A stretch of DNA of 64,000 nucleotides from the human T2T-CHM13v2.0 reference genome, Homo sapiens. The DNA lies in assembly GCF_009914755.1 (NCBI RefSeq), contig NC_060927.1; one strand, written 5' to 3'. Of the stretch, positions 46,409 to 59,728 are shown one piece after another (the first letter of the stretch is position 1; each line of letters starts with the position of its first letter). The notes under the pieces were generated by a model, which was not told where the DNA came from, searched no databases, and saw nothing but the letters and a program-made list of their open reading frames with translations. The translations under genes were made by a program, and so were the position numbers.

Positions 46409-48126
46409 GTCTAATATACTTTATATATAATATATTACTTTTCAAAGGTGGTTTACACAAATGATTCAGAGCTATTGTATAAAACAAAGGATATCTGCCT
46501 TTGAAGGCAGGGCTGGTTGGGAGCGGGGGTGATGAGAGAATGTGTTGCTGGGTAATAGAAGAGGCTGGTGGGCTGTGAGCTGAGTTGGTGACATAAAGTG
46601 ATGCAGGCTGACAGTGGCAAGGTGGCCCACCAGGGTGTGGCTGGCAGTGGGTGACAGCTGGAAGAAAGCATACTGGTTCAGGGATGGAGACTAGGGTGAC
46701 AGAGAGAGGAACCCATGGGGAGACTGGCCAAGGTTTCTGGAACAGAGGGTGTGGGTAAAAGCACAAAGCCAGAATCAAAATTGAACTCTTGAGGGCAGGG
46801 AAGAGTTGGTGGAATTTGTGGTAATGGAAAAGGGCCCCAAACCTTGAGACGGAGCCCTGTGGTGGTGCAGAGGATGGGGAAGAACTGCCCCTGAGTGGCT
46901 GGAAGCAGAAGGCTTTAAGCAAGAGAGGGTGAACCTGGAGGGAAGAAAGGCAGGAAAACATGGCGGGAGGTATCTGCGGATAAGGAAAGCAGGTGTGTGG
47001 GGTGACTGCTCAAAAGCACATTCTGGGAGTCTCCAAGAGAGCTGAGGAAATTCTCTACAACAGCTGGTACCGAGGGAGCTGATGAGAGGGAAGTACCAAG
47101 GACAGCGCACGGGAAGGTCAGCATTCCCAATGCTCTGGAAACAGGAAGAATACAGATAACCAAGTGGGCACCGGTGAAGCCAAGGACCCATAAGATGATG
47201 GGATCATAAAAGCTGGAGCAGAGTGGGTGGTAGGGCGGGAAGCGGCTTGACTTCAGGCTGAATGCACTTGAGTGCTGAGAAAAAAGTGTTGTGCTTGACT
47301 ATGAAAAAGTATCCATGGAGGCATGTGAGGTGGTGGATATGAACTCCATATGCAGAAAGTCAGCAGTCTCACCATTCCTCTGTAAGCCTGCCAGGCGTCT
47401 GAATCCATTTGCTCATAATGCTTTGGACTCCTACTGTTAGCTTTCATTGTGAGTAAGGGCAATGCATGCTCTGGATGAGGTTAGGGCATTCAGTGAAATC
47501 TCTGAAGGACATGTCTTTGACGAGACAGTTAATTCTCAGGAAAGAAAAGGAAAGAGCTCACGCTTTTGTCTGCACTTGGACTTGGTTTGGAAACGATTAT
47601 TGCTCCTTACTTTGCTTTCATTTCTGGGTGCCAAGAGGCACTTTCATTTAACCTTTTGTACAGTGAATATGTTCTGTATTTTTAAAAGTTGTGGTATTGT
47701 TTTCTGGAGTGGTGTTTTCTCTGAACAGCATGTGTGTGGCAGTACCTAATTTAAAATCCTAACTTTCCATCAGCGTCCTTAAGTTACATACGCATTGTTG
47801 AAAAATCTATGATTGCATTAACCACTTAACTATTACATTTAAAAGAGATTATTTATTTAGTACTCAACAGTTCACTGGGTGGACTGATCACATCTGTGTT
47901 TAAATTAAAAAATTCAAGTATAGGGGAAGAATAAGGATGGGAGAGAGAGGGAGAGAAAGAGAAGATAGAGGAAGAAAGAGATGGAGGGAAAGTAGGAGAG
48001 AGAGACAGAGGGAGAGGAAGAAGGAAAGGAAAGGAAAGCTTGAGAAAGAAACATTCCCCAATTTGCTACTTAATTTTCATTTCAAATGCCTATGTAATTG
48101 TTCACCTGGAGTCAACAGAGCTACAG

Positions 48127-48127
<1 letters not shown>

Positions 48128-48178
<51 letters not shown>
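48128..48178 (+). repeat. (AC)25 microsatellite
   Basis: Read directly. Confidence 0.98.
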
Positions 48179-48182
<4 letters not shown>

Positions 48183-49479
48183 GAATTCTATCTCCAAGTC
48201 AGAGGAACAATGAAAGCAGATTCAGAAAGCACAGTCCTGTGTGGAGTTTCTGCTTCAGTTATTAATTTTTATTCCTGCACAATTAAAAATGTGGTTGTAG
48301 AGCAACAACATATACAATCAGAACCAAAACTGAATAGGACAACCCTCCCCCACCCCCACCCCCACCCCCATCTCCTCGATCCTGGCTTAAAAACAGGAAA
48401 TTCTTATTCTCTTGGACATGATAAGCATCTCTGACAACTTTTCAAACATGCAATTCCTATCAAGTAAGATGGCATGTAGAAGGTCAAGCAAAGAATCCCG
48501 TGGAGGAGAGTCGCCCAGGGCAGACTCCTAGGAAGGTTTCTGTTTCAACAGACCCGGCTGGTCCAGACTAAATCGAGAGGTTGACCTGCAAAGCTGCCTT
48601 CAGAGCAGCCAGATGCAGATGCAGGCTGTTCGGGAACTTCGGAATGTGATTAGTATTTGTGATGGAAACAGCTAGCACTTCCACCCACAAAAGGATTTTT
48701 TTTTTTTTTTAAAGAAAGAAAAGAGAAAAAAAAGTCAACTTTTTACTTTGCTGCAACCTCAGCCACAGAGCAGAAAGCACAACAAATAACCTGTCTGCCA
48801 ATTCTCCTCCATCTGATTCCAAACTTACTGCCTTCTTCTCCTGAATTTGCAGGGGCCAGAAGTGTGCAGCCAGCACTGGCCCCGTGAGGACTTAGCATAG
48901 CATTTCACAGCTATGTCACTAGAATTACAGTAAATATCATATCTTCTGAGTGAATGATAGGGTTCTTTTCATTTGTCCCTAACTTTTGAAAATTAAAAAT
49001 TTGTTTTTTCATAATCCATATGAAAAATAAGACAGACATTACATTCTGCATTTTAGGCCTCCTCAATGTGAAAATTACATCGGTTTTCCCCTCCTCAATT
49101 CTTGAAGCTTTATTTTAAATGTGATTCAATGAACTGACATCTGACTCTTCCTTAGTTCGTGTTCTTAATGCTTCCAGAACTTGATAACTTATTCTGTCGG
49201 CTATGAATGCAAAAAAAAAAAAAAAACTTTGTAGAAAAACAATCCAAGGGAAACTAAAAGTTATTCTAAAGTCTACCAATTAAGATAACCATTCTTAACA
49301 TTGGGTAGTGTAGCCTTCCTTTATTTCACCAGTTTGTACCTATAATTTTTTTATAAGATTGTAATTTTTTTTTACAAGATTCTCTGTATATTAGAAAATA
49401 AAGGCTAGGAAATAAGCCATCCTTAAAAAAATAAAGAAAAAGTTAACACAGCTGCAGTATTGGAGTTTATAAAGCTGTA

Positions 49480-49900
49480 ATGACAGCCATGAACACAGAT
49501 GAAGCAATTATGAACTTTTATCTATTGTGAATAGATAAAAATCCAATTGGAAAATGAGGCCTACCCCACTGAACACCTGTTTATGGTCTTAATTTTGCCT
49601 TAACGAGACACTACTGATGTCATTCAACACAACAAAAATCAATAGTGGATCAATATGGATAAACATGTTGGGTACAACCTTTTGTCCTAAGAGACAGTTA
49701 ACAGCTGGGTTTAGTTTTACTGGGATTTACTCGAAGACTTGTAAAAGTAAATAATGGTGCATTTAAGAATATTTGCCTGTTTTGATTTAGTGAGTTTGGC
49801 AGGTGGCGGTGGCCTTTCAATGACATATGGCTTTGAAATTACATCAATATATGCATACAATGTGTCTTTTCCTTTAGTTCATGCATCAAATTAATTAATA
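49480..49900. promoter_or_regulatory. Candidate beta2 intron control region (motif cluster)
   Basis: No recognisable repeat. ATCAATA x3 (49638, 49649, 49843); E-boxes CACCTG 49574, CAGCTG 49702, CAGGTG 49800, CATATG 49824; GGATTT 49723; ATGCAT POU-like sites near 49851 and 49871. Confidence 0.5.
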
Positions 49901-51550
49901 AAGAACCCCTGGTTTAACATTTTATAAGCAAATATTCCCCAGTGTTGGTTGAAGAAAATACAGTGAAAAGATAAAAGAGAAAAGAGCCTGAAACGTTCTG
50001 CAGGAATTTTTAAGAACAGCAGAATGAGCACATAGATTGACAGGTACCAATATTTTCTTACAACACTACAAAAGGCATATCCAAGTATGTTTAATGAGGC
50101 AATGTTAATTTCTTCTTTTCAAAGTTAAATTACTTATACTATTAAATGAAATAGCACATGTTCAATGTACCTCAAATGTTTCCATTAGGGGACTTACCCT
50201 GTGTATCCCTTGTAATAAATGAGATTCTGATGACCTTCAAAAGGATGCAAAACTCTATATTTATAAATAAAAATCAAGATGAGAAACTCTAAATATATTT
50301 CATGCTGTAATCCCCTTAATATTTCATGATTGGAAGTTATAGAATAACATTATATATAGTAAAAATTACAGATTCTAGTTTTTGTTTTTATAAAATTTTG
50401 TTCATTTGTTTTCATAACAGACTACTTTCAATTATAAAGTCACATTAAGAAAAGCAAATGATAAATTTTATAGAAACCACAACTAAATAAACCACATTAT
50501 GTTTTAAGATTAATTTAACAGAGAAATTTACCTTTGAGGATCAAAGGGCATCATGTTTTTGTAAATTATAGAAACTCGTAAATTTGGTTCTCTATGCAAT
50601 ATCCTATAGATTATATACAAAAGCATGAGATTCTGGCATATCTGCACTAGCATTTACACTATCTTCAAAAGCATTCCTATCTGGCAGTTGCTACTTAATG
50701 TTCTACCTGTTTGCCTCCCTTATTTTATTTTTCAGTATCTTATTTTTCAGTAATACAAGAAATGTTCTATTGACAGAAATTTAAATAGCATTATAAAGCC
50801 ACAGTGTCTATTAAGATAAATGGATATCGTACTGGTTTTAATATTGGCTATTTTGAAGTGTGTTTCACTTGCTTTCATAAAGAGAATTCACTTGATATGA
50901 TTACAGACATGTTCAACTTTAGGGACAAAATAGCAAAGTAAAGTTTCTCAGTTTTTGAGTTTTACATCTTACAGTTTGACATGGTTACAAATAGATTCTT
51001 TACTGTTTACATGGATAAATAAATACATTAAAATGAACATTTACAGATCCTAGCAAATCAACATTAGTATAGTACTGTTAAAGAAATCACTAAATCACTA
51101 AATATTTTACTAGTTAACTAGTCAACTAAAATAAACTTTCAAAATGAAGTGCCAAGGAAAAGTCAAATGAGTTTTTAATCTGAACCTGAACTAGAGAGAA
51201 TTATCTCACTTCAAACACCACAACACCTACCCGCCAGAAGGAAACCTTTCACATATTTTCTTTCGCAAAGAAGCCAACAATAGTCACTTTGGGCAATATA
51301 TACACACACATGCAAAATACAGAAAGGCAACTCACTCCAGCTTTCAAAGATGAAGAAAAAAAGTGCTTGGAAATCTTGATGTTCACAGAGTCCTTCAATC
51401 ACCTAGCAACCCCTCTTACTGCCGTTTTTAATTTCAAATATTTAGCGTTCAAATTCAAAGATTTGACGAAGCTGATGTAAACTGTAACTTTAAAATGAAA
51501 CGAAAACAAACAGTGAAACTTTGAACAAATTTAAGCAAAATGGTCCCTAC

Positions 51551-51878
51551 CTTTTTTTTGAGAATACGATGGCGACTGCACTTGAGAAAAAGTAGGCTTT
51601 TCTTCAGTGAAATATTCAGGTTGGCTGTATTGATTCAGGGCCATGTCCAAGTCAGAGTCCTTGCTTTTAAACATGTTTCCAGGGTAACTACAGGTATAAG
51701 GCTGATTCACTGCCCAGGCCTGTTCCATATATATGTTGTTACTGGGCACAGCCTGAGCATCGCAACCGCTGTAACCCGGACTATCTTCAAAATACGCGTA
51801 ATAATCAGTGGACTGCATGTAGCAATTGCTGCCGGCAGCTGGGTGCACTTCATATATTTCTTGCATACAGTAGTTCAT
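51551..51878 (-). CDS. THRB: THRB beta2-specific first coding exon (A/B domain, MNYCMQEIYEVHPAAGSNC...SYSQKK)
   Basis: ATG at 51876-51878 with an in-frame TAG 24 nt upstream. 328 nt (109 codons + 1) end at donor AAG|GTAGGG. Phase 1 matches the next exon. The peptide is the recognisable TRbeta2 N-terminus. Confidence 0.97.
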
Positions 51879-52399
51879 TTTGTTTCCCTGGTTCAGTTTC
51901 TAGTTTACATATACACACAGTCTACGCATGCATTCTCCAGCCCCATACACCCTGAGAGCTGGGCATATACGCAGAGAAGCATACATACATACACATGAAA
52001 CGCGAAGGGAAGATGAATAAACACCACCACCAACACAGCAACCCAGCCTGCTTTACTTTGTAATAGCACCTGATGTGCTAAAATCCTATTTAGACCGAGG
52101 TGTCTTTTGAGCTCTTCTGCCATCCAAACATATTGGAAAGCAGATTTATGACTATCAAAGGTCTTAAGCTGTGCATGCAGCTAGTTAATTCCTGGGGAAG
52201 ATGGCAGGCAGGTAGGAATGACCTCCACCCAGATAGGGAAGTGACAGCGAGAATGTTACTCTGAAGCTGCTAAGATGCATTTTATATGCTGTTTTTAACC
52301 CCTTTCAACATGATTATAAAACGATTACTCATTGTTATGTCATTTTGGTTGACAGCTTAAGCATGAAACATTATAAAGACATCTTAGAGAATATCCTTG

Positions 52400-52440
52400 G
52401 ATACAAAGAAAATCCTAAAATCAATAATCTAGTTTATTAG
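52400..52440. promoter_or_regulatory. Candidate ThrbCRM1-like OTX2/ONECUT module upstream of the beta2 exon
   Basis: AAATCC (52410-52415, K50-homeodomain variant) adjacent to AAAATCAATA (52417-52426, ONECUT consensus), which overlaps TAATCT (52425-52430). ~530 bp upstream of the beta2 ATG. Confidence 0.65.
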
Positions 52441-55400
52441 CATGAACCAGAGAAAATCCAGTAGTAATGAGCCTGATGACTGACTGACTCCAAAACATTA
52501 ATCTAGCTGTGCAAATATTGGTGGTTGAATCTGTTGTTGAATGTTACTGACTGGGTTTTCATACTAGGATCCAACCATCTTCCCATGACACATAGGTCCC
52601 GCTGGTTTTTAAAACATGCCAAGGAAGTACACGGTTGAAAATGCTGCTGATGTCTGCAAGTGAGTTTTATTCTGTTCCTTGCGCATGATTATTTTCTACT
52701 TCATAAGCACTAATCTACATGAGACCTAAAGCTTACATTAACTGTTCAATTCTGTAATTTATGTTTTCTTTATAAAGGCATGAGAGACTGTATGCCAATG
52801 CCCCTATATGAGGAATACCCCTATTATATAGCAGCTTTCCTTTTCTGTTGGTGCTTAACAGTACTCTGATCAGTAGTGCGTGGAAAACTGTAAACACTTA
52901 CCACTTTATTCCCATTCAAATCTGCTTTTGAGATTATTTTCAAGATTTAATGTGATTTAAGTGGTATTCATGTACTTACTTAAAGATAGTGATCAAAAAG
53001 GGAACAGCATTTTCTGTAAGAATCATCATATCTTTTAACTAAGGAGTTAACAAATACCAAATTAGATTGTGAATGCTTGCTAGGATGATTACTAATGGTA
53101 TTTTCTCCCTGTGGATGGTGGCCAGTGTGTGCATGTCACATATATGCATAGTTGTAGATCATGACATCAGGAAGGGCGGATGCTGCTCTTCTACACTAGG
53201 GATTCCTTCCGTTTCTTAGGCAGCTTGTTTTCAGGGCTCGGCCTCAGGTGGTTACGTTTACATTTGGCTTCCTGCTGGTCCATGAGCATGTGACCTTGTT
53301 GGTATTTGTCTCTAAAGGACCATCAACAATGTAATACTGTAATTTTCAACAGTGAGACCTTTGCTTTGGACATGTAGCTCCAGTCATCAATTGCAACGTG
53401 GAATTCTGGGACAGGGACATATGGCAGAAGTAAGGAGGGTATTACAGTCATTCAACAAATTATGGGGTGTCTGTTAAGTACAAAGCAAGGAGTTGGTGGC
53501 TACAGAGATGGCTGTTCAGAAAAAAAAAATCACCGTCTCTGTCAATAAGTAGCTTAATAGCATGTATATTAAATATACAGTCAAGTGGACCACCATTGTG
53601 CTGTCTTTAATTGCTGACTTTTTATAAATGTAGTAAAGGAGCCATAGACTCAAGGGAAAAGGTGGGGAATTGTAGAATGAGCTAAAGATGTGACAAAATT
53701 AGAAAAGAGACCCAGGCAGACCTATGTGGAGGATAGTAATAAGACTCCTTTAAAAACTGCAACTGATATAAAACAAGCAAAAGCATGTTCGTCAGTTGGT
53801 ATATATTTGAACCTGGAAAATGAATCACAATATCCTAGAAAGCATGAAAAGTTACCATAAGGAATAAAGAACACAGCTAACATTTTAATCGTGTTTTTAC
53901 TTTCTGATTACCATTAAAACAAATGAAAGATTTATTCAGTGTTACTAAGAACACATACACAATATTACAATTAACATTTTCTCCCTACTGGAAATGTCAA
54001 AACATTTCATTGGAAGCAATAACTATTTTCTGAAAACCCCAGGAAAAAGGATCCAGGCCTTATGTTTTTTTGTCTGATGTCATTTATTTATCTCAAATTT
54101 CCCAAGCCTAATCTGAAAATTAACCTTTCAATAAAGCAGTTTTCTTTTTTGGCAAATGCACATGTTCCAAAGTCTCTTTTTCTGGTTAAGAGCTGCGTGT
54201 TGAATCCATTCGATTTTGCAGTTTTGCCCAGTGCATTTCCTGGCTCCCTCTCTTTCTCATTAAAGGCAGAAATCCAAGCAATTTCTTGCTTTTCATCAGT
54301 AACAATATCAACGAAAATCAGAGACTCAACTTTTATTCCAAAGGAATACTTAAAAATAATTTTCAGAAATCTCTAAATATGCTTGAAAAATTGGAGAGTT
54401 ATTCTCCCCTGGAACTGGATATAAATACTGCAGTGAAAAAGGAAAGAATAGCTGCTGAAAAACTTTCTCTCTCTTTTTACTAAACGTCAGAAAGGTCAAC
54501 AGTATTTTTATTGAATTTAAAAAATCCTGAATTCCCTCAGAAATCTTTAAATTAAAAAAAGTTTCAAAACATATTTAAGAGAGCTCACTTCCTCACGAAT
54601 GTTTATTGTTTGGAGAAAAGAGAACAAAACATTCTGAAACACTCCTCATACCAAGTGGGAATACTCTTTACTTGTAACGAATGCACAAAACTTTCATTAC
54701 TATTAGTTGAAAATGGAGCTCAACACTTACATTGAATTTGAAATATGGCCCCTCACATCCTGATAGAAGCAATCACATCTGTCACCTGTGATTCAGTCTT
54801 GCATGCTTCTTTGTAAAGTCAGTAAAGCAATCTAAACATATTATGTGTCACAAATGGGGTAAGCTTCAGTGACGTTGTTGTCTTATTTTCTTGATTGCCT
54901 GCTCTAATTATTTAAAGAGCAGCTTAAGAGTTATTTCACTTATAGTGCATCCAACTGCCTTAAATAAACTCAGGAGGACTTTAATAATTCCGATTAGAAG
55001 TGTTTCAATCAATAATATATATATATATATATATGCGCCTAGGTGTGACTTATAGAAAGTCCGCTTTAATAATTATGGGTGAAACTTTAGCATCAAGATT
55101 TTTAAAAGAAGTTCCTGAGGTTATTTACATAAGTAGCAACATTTGAGAACCACTTGTTCTACTAGGTGTCTGACCCCAGTCCCTTCACCAAGGAGCAGGA
55201 AATCCTGTGTACTAACTCCTTTTTCTTCATTTGCAGCTTCACTACATATTTCCCTTAGTTCTTAGCAATTTACCCTCCACACTTCAACCAGGCTTCACCT
55301 GCCTTTGAGTTAACCAGTCAAGCAGAGGAGGCAGCACAAAAGGAGGCACGCTAGGAAAGAACGAAATACAAGGAGAAGTGTAATAAACTTGGCATGGGGA

Positions 55401-56280
55401 CACAGGAGTAATCTGCCTAGAGTGCCAGGGATGGATTCACAGAAGAGGTGACCAGTGAGCTGGAAGAGTATGTAGGACATCATCAGTGGAGGCCTAAGAT
55501 ATGAAATGGCTGAGCAGAAATGTCTTAGGAAGGGTGCTATCAACTAACTGTACTTGCAAAAATACACATAAAGAAAGATAATTGATAAGCTTTAAAGCAA
55601 CTGGTCAGAGCCTTTTAACTTCCACTCTAATGATTGTTCTCACTTTCTGTTTTAGTAATTGAACCGCTAAATTTTAGTTGGGCTCATGGCCCCTGAGAAA
55701 AAAACTATACGTCCCAGTTTCCCCTTTGTCAATATGTGTCTGTGTGACTAACTTCTGGCCAACGAGATGTAATAGAAGAAGTGTTGCAAGGCAATTTCTA
55801 GGAAACTTAAAAGACACATTAAAAGACAACTGGTGCATTCCATTTGCCTCTACTTTGTTTTGACTTTCTGCTCCCTGCAATGACTGGAGCCCCAGCCATC
55901 ATTTTGGTCCATGAGAGTGAGGACTATACTCTAGGGATTACGGAAGAATGATCTGGAAAATTCTAGGTTGCTGAAATACACAGAATTGCCATACTAGCAC
56001 TGGACTGCCAACTTCTGGACTTCTTTTTTTCTCGAGACAGAAATAAACTTATTTAGGTCACAGTTTTCTTATTTGTAAAACAGATAACGGTAGTCACTTC
56101 ATTGGTTATTGTGAAGATTAAGTGAGTTTATATAAGTAAAGCACTTAGAATGATGACTGGCCTAGTAAGTGACATAATTATATATACATAATAATTATAA
56201 TAATATATATTATATATATATATTATAATATATATCTCTTAGGTCTTGTCTTGGGCTACTTCTCAGTCTATACTCTAGGT

Positions 56281-56493
56281 CACAGGTCAGCAATCTTCAG
56301 CCTGTGGGCCAAACATGACCCACCACCTGTTTCGTAAATAAAGTTTACTGGAATACAGCTTTTATTTGTTACATATTGCCTGTGGCTGCTTTTGTGCTAC
56401 CATGGCAGAGTTGAGTAGTTGCAAGAGAGACCTTATAGCCTGCTGAAAATATTTACCACCTGGTATTTTGGAGAAAAAGTTTGCCAAGCCCTG
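56281..56493 (+). mobile_element. MER58A-like hAT element nested in an L2
   Basis: ggcagagttgagtagttgca core, terminal tttgccaagccctg, 8-bp TSD ctctaggt/ctctagct. Confidence 0.85.
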
Positions 56494-57250
56494 CTCTAGC
56501 TGATCTCATCCTGTCTCACAGCTTTAAATACTAATTATATGCAACATCCATGTGGATATCTCCATCGCAGATGTCACCTCTGAAACCAGGATCCTATATC
56601 CAACCATCAACTTGACATCTCCATTTGCCCAACCAGGGCATCTCCAACTTAATTCTTTCTAAAACCTGTTCCTCTCACAGTAGTCCCATCTTGGCACCAC
56701 CATCTACCTGGGAGCTTAAGCAAATAACCTTCAAGACAACTCTTTTCTTCCCTTCACTACCTAAATCCAATCCATTAGCAAGTTCATTGGTTCTTCCTCC
56801 AAAATATATGTTTAATCCAACTACTTCCTTCTCTCCGCTGCCATCTCGCAGTCCAATCCATCATCATCTCCTAACTGGACTCCCTTCTGGCTTTCTCATT
56901 AGCTTTGGCCCACTTTAATATTTTCTTGACACAGCCACCAAAGAGTGATGTTTTACAGGCTGCAAATCAGATAATGTTTCTTCCTTGTTTAAAACCTTCA
57001 GTGGCTTTGTACTGTATTTAGAACAAAATCCAAACCTCTACCAAAAGGTGGTCCTTCCCCACTACTTATCAACCCTCCTGCTTCCTTGACATAAACCAAA
57101 ATAGCATCCTTATTATTCCTTGAGCACTCCAAGTTTTTGCCTGCCTCAATTCAAGGACGCTGCACATGTTCTTCTGTCTGTCTGATATATTCCTCCCTTT
57201 AGCTCTTCACAGGACAGAGCCCTTCTCATTTGTTTGGATGGAGCCTAAGT
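56494..57250. mobile_element. L2 LINE segment
   Basis: tgatctcatcc...gctttaaata, cttgacatctccatttg, aaatcagataatgt...tttaaaaccttcagtggctt motifs; right edge approximate. Confidence 0.75.
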
Positions 57251-59556
57251 GACATTTTGTGTGTCAGGAACCTCTTGATACCATCAGAGGCCTGAAAGCC
57301 CTGACACTCTTCATATACATAACAACACTTGCTCTCTCAGAAAAAAGATGGAGGACTCTCTGCACCAAAATCCATGTGCATTTAAAAAAAAAAAAGATAA
57401 AATGTTACATATTGCAATAAGTGGATTATCTTAGGCTTGAAAGTTTCTGGGAGATATCTGTCTGTCTAAAATCGATCCAGTTTGTTCTTTTATATCTTCG
57501 TCACAAGAGAACAGAGATAGAGCTGTTTATTAAACTTACCTCAGTTGAGGTTATGGAATTACAAGTAACCATCATCAGTGCCAATCATCTCTGCCCCAAA
57601 AGAGATGATAAAAAGGATTGAGACATTTGCTGCCCTTTGAAGTAACTACTCAAATTGAGGAAAGTTTCCTTTAAAAATGTAAAGAAGCATGAGTCTCGAT
57701 CTTACCACTGAAGTGCTGAAAGCACATCTAATACATTTTGGCGGAAACCAAAGAGGTGCACAAAAACTTTTTGACCATGCTTTCTTGGATTGTTGAGGTC
57801 TGGAATCTTCGGACTCATTGCTTTTGAAAAGGACTTCAAATCAGTTCAACTCCAGAGATGTGAGCAGGGCAAGCTCCTGGGACTTCCGGAGCACCCAACT
57901 TTAAAGCAGCCCTCCCTCCAGACGCTAACACATATGGAACACTTATGGAGGCTGAGACCTGTTTTATGTTTTCTTAGGATCCTAGGATATTACAGCAGGA
58001 ACTTCTGAGCTATGCATTCCACATGTATTTTATCTGATTATGAGAAAACTGAATCCCAAGGGGATGAAGTGACTTGTCACATGGTAGGTGGTAGCCGTTG
58101 AGGCCGTGACCCACTCCTGCTTTGACTGTATCATTTCTCCTATTGTAGGTGGGGCCTTTATTTTCCCACCTGGGCCTAGTGTTCTAGGGTTAAAAAGGTG
58201 CTGTGGAGGAAAGGGAGTAAAGGAACTTGTCTTAGGCCTGGGGATTGACTGTCCCTCCTCAGCATTTCTGCCAAATAATATAAAGCCTTGAGTCACTAGA
58301 TCATGCAAAACTCTAACCATTTTAGAAACTTTTACTTCCTCAGTCCTGGGAGTGTTAATTAGCATGGCTCCTCCTCCCCTACCACTACTGTAATGGTGTA
58401 ATTCTTAATAAATGAACACCATGGCTACTGGGTTAATATTCAGATGGTGTTCCCTAAGTGGTCCCATAATACAGTCCCAAGAGATGATCTAAAGAGAAAA
58501 CAATAAAAATAAACTTTATAATCAAATGAGTTTGGGAAATGACACATTAATGCTCCTCTCTTGGAGATTCACACACACACAACTTTGAATGACTTTGTAT
58601 AACAGCATTTCCTAAACATTTCTGATCATAGAACCCTGTGTGTATCTTGTAACATTTGTTACAAGTGTTCCATGAAACATACTTTGAAAAACCTAGTCAT
58701 CTGCTCTGTTGGATATATATGCTGGAGCTTAAGGCACGGATACATAACAGTGCATTTCTCAGATTACACACCAAGAACAGAGAGAAGAAATCTGCTGAAG
58801 GGGAGTGTCCTTTTTAGGGTCTTTACCAACGAGGAAAGCTGCCGGCCAGAAGAGGCAGGCTGGACACATGGAAATGCAAATCCCCAGGTGGGCACAGGAC
58901 AAGACCAGGGCCTCTTGGGCTCTTGAATTAAGTGTGTTTCAGTAGGAATAGAAACTCAAAGCTCTTCTCTTTTAAAACATATTGTTAACTGAATTTGTTT
59001 CTAATTTTTTCCCTTGGCATTTCATAAAAGCTTTTGATAGTTCTAGCCCATTACAGCTCTACAAAAGGGCACTAAGGGGAGACTTTTGTTCACAATCGAT
59101 CACCAAGCAGAATATGCTTTTACAAAAATGTGCTTGAAAAAGTGACAGTGTTTTACTAGTGAAAAGGGAATGGATTCTGATCTGGTGCAGTGGAAAAAAA
59201 TTGGCTCTGATTAGAACATTGAAGCAGGAACAAGACAGTCTCAGGGACCAAGCTGATGGAAGCAGGCCCAATAATTGAACTGAGAGATTTCCAAAGGGCA
59301 AGAGACTCTCATCAAGGCAGTCCTGGTGGCTTCCTCAACCTGGACACCCTCTTTGTGGGTCTAAATTTTGGAGTTGCATGTTTTATTTCACAAAGGTGGA
59401 ATAATTGCCTCAGCACATTAATGCAAAAGATACCACAAACTTAGCTACAGCAGCCTTTTACTAGATGAAATATGTCAATTTCTAGGATGAGCAAGTTAAA
59501 AAGAACAGCCTTTTGTGGTTCCACAAAGATTATAAAAGAGTCCAAAATTCTTAGGT

Positions 59557-59728
59557 CAGTGATTCTCAAATGGTGGTTTCTGAACCAGCAGCATTAGCAT
59601 ATCCTGGAACTTCTTAGAAATGCAAATTCTGCAGCCCACCCCAGACCAACTGGATCGTAAACTCGGGGGGGTGGGGACAGCAAGCCCTCCAGGGGATTCT
59701 GATACTAGCCGAAGTTTGAGAACCACTG
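59557..59728. mobile_element. MER5A
   Basis: TIRs CAGTGATTCTCAAA / TTTGAGAACCACTG, flanks tcttaggt/tcttagta, core ttagaaatgcaaattct. Confidence 0.9.

Noticed and set aside
46365-47191. 198-aa and 138-aa minus-strand ORFs
   Set aside because: Low-complexity Pro/Ser/Leu-rich translations of a pyrimidine-rich strand, partly in MER20. No domain similarity recognised.
47937-48434. 165-aa ORF with RE/HT/PH repeats
   Set aside because: Open only because of simple repeats.
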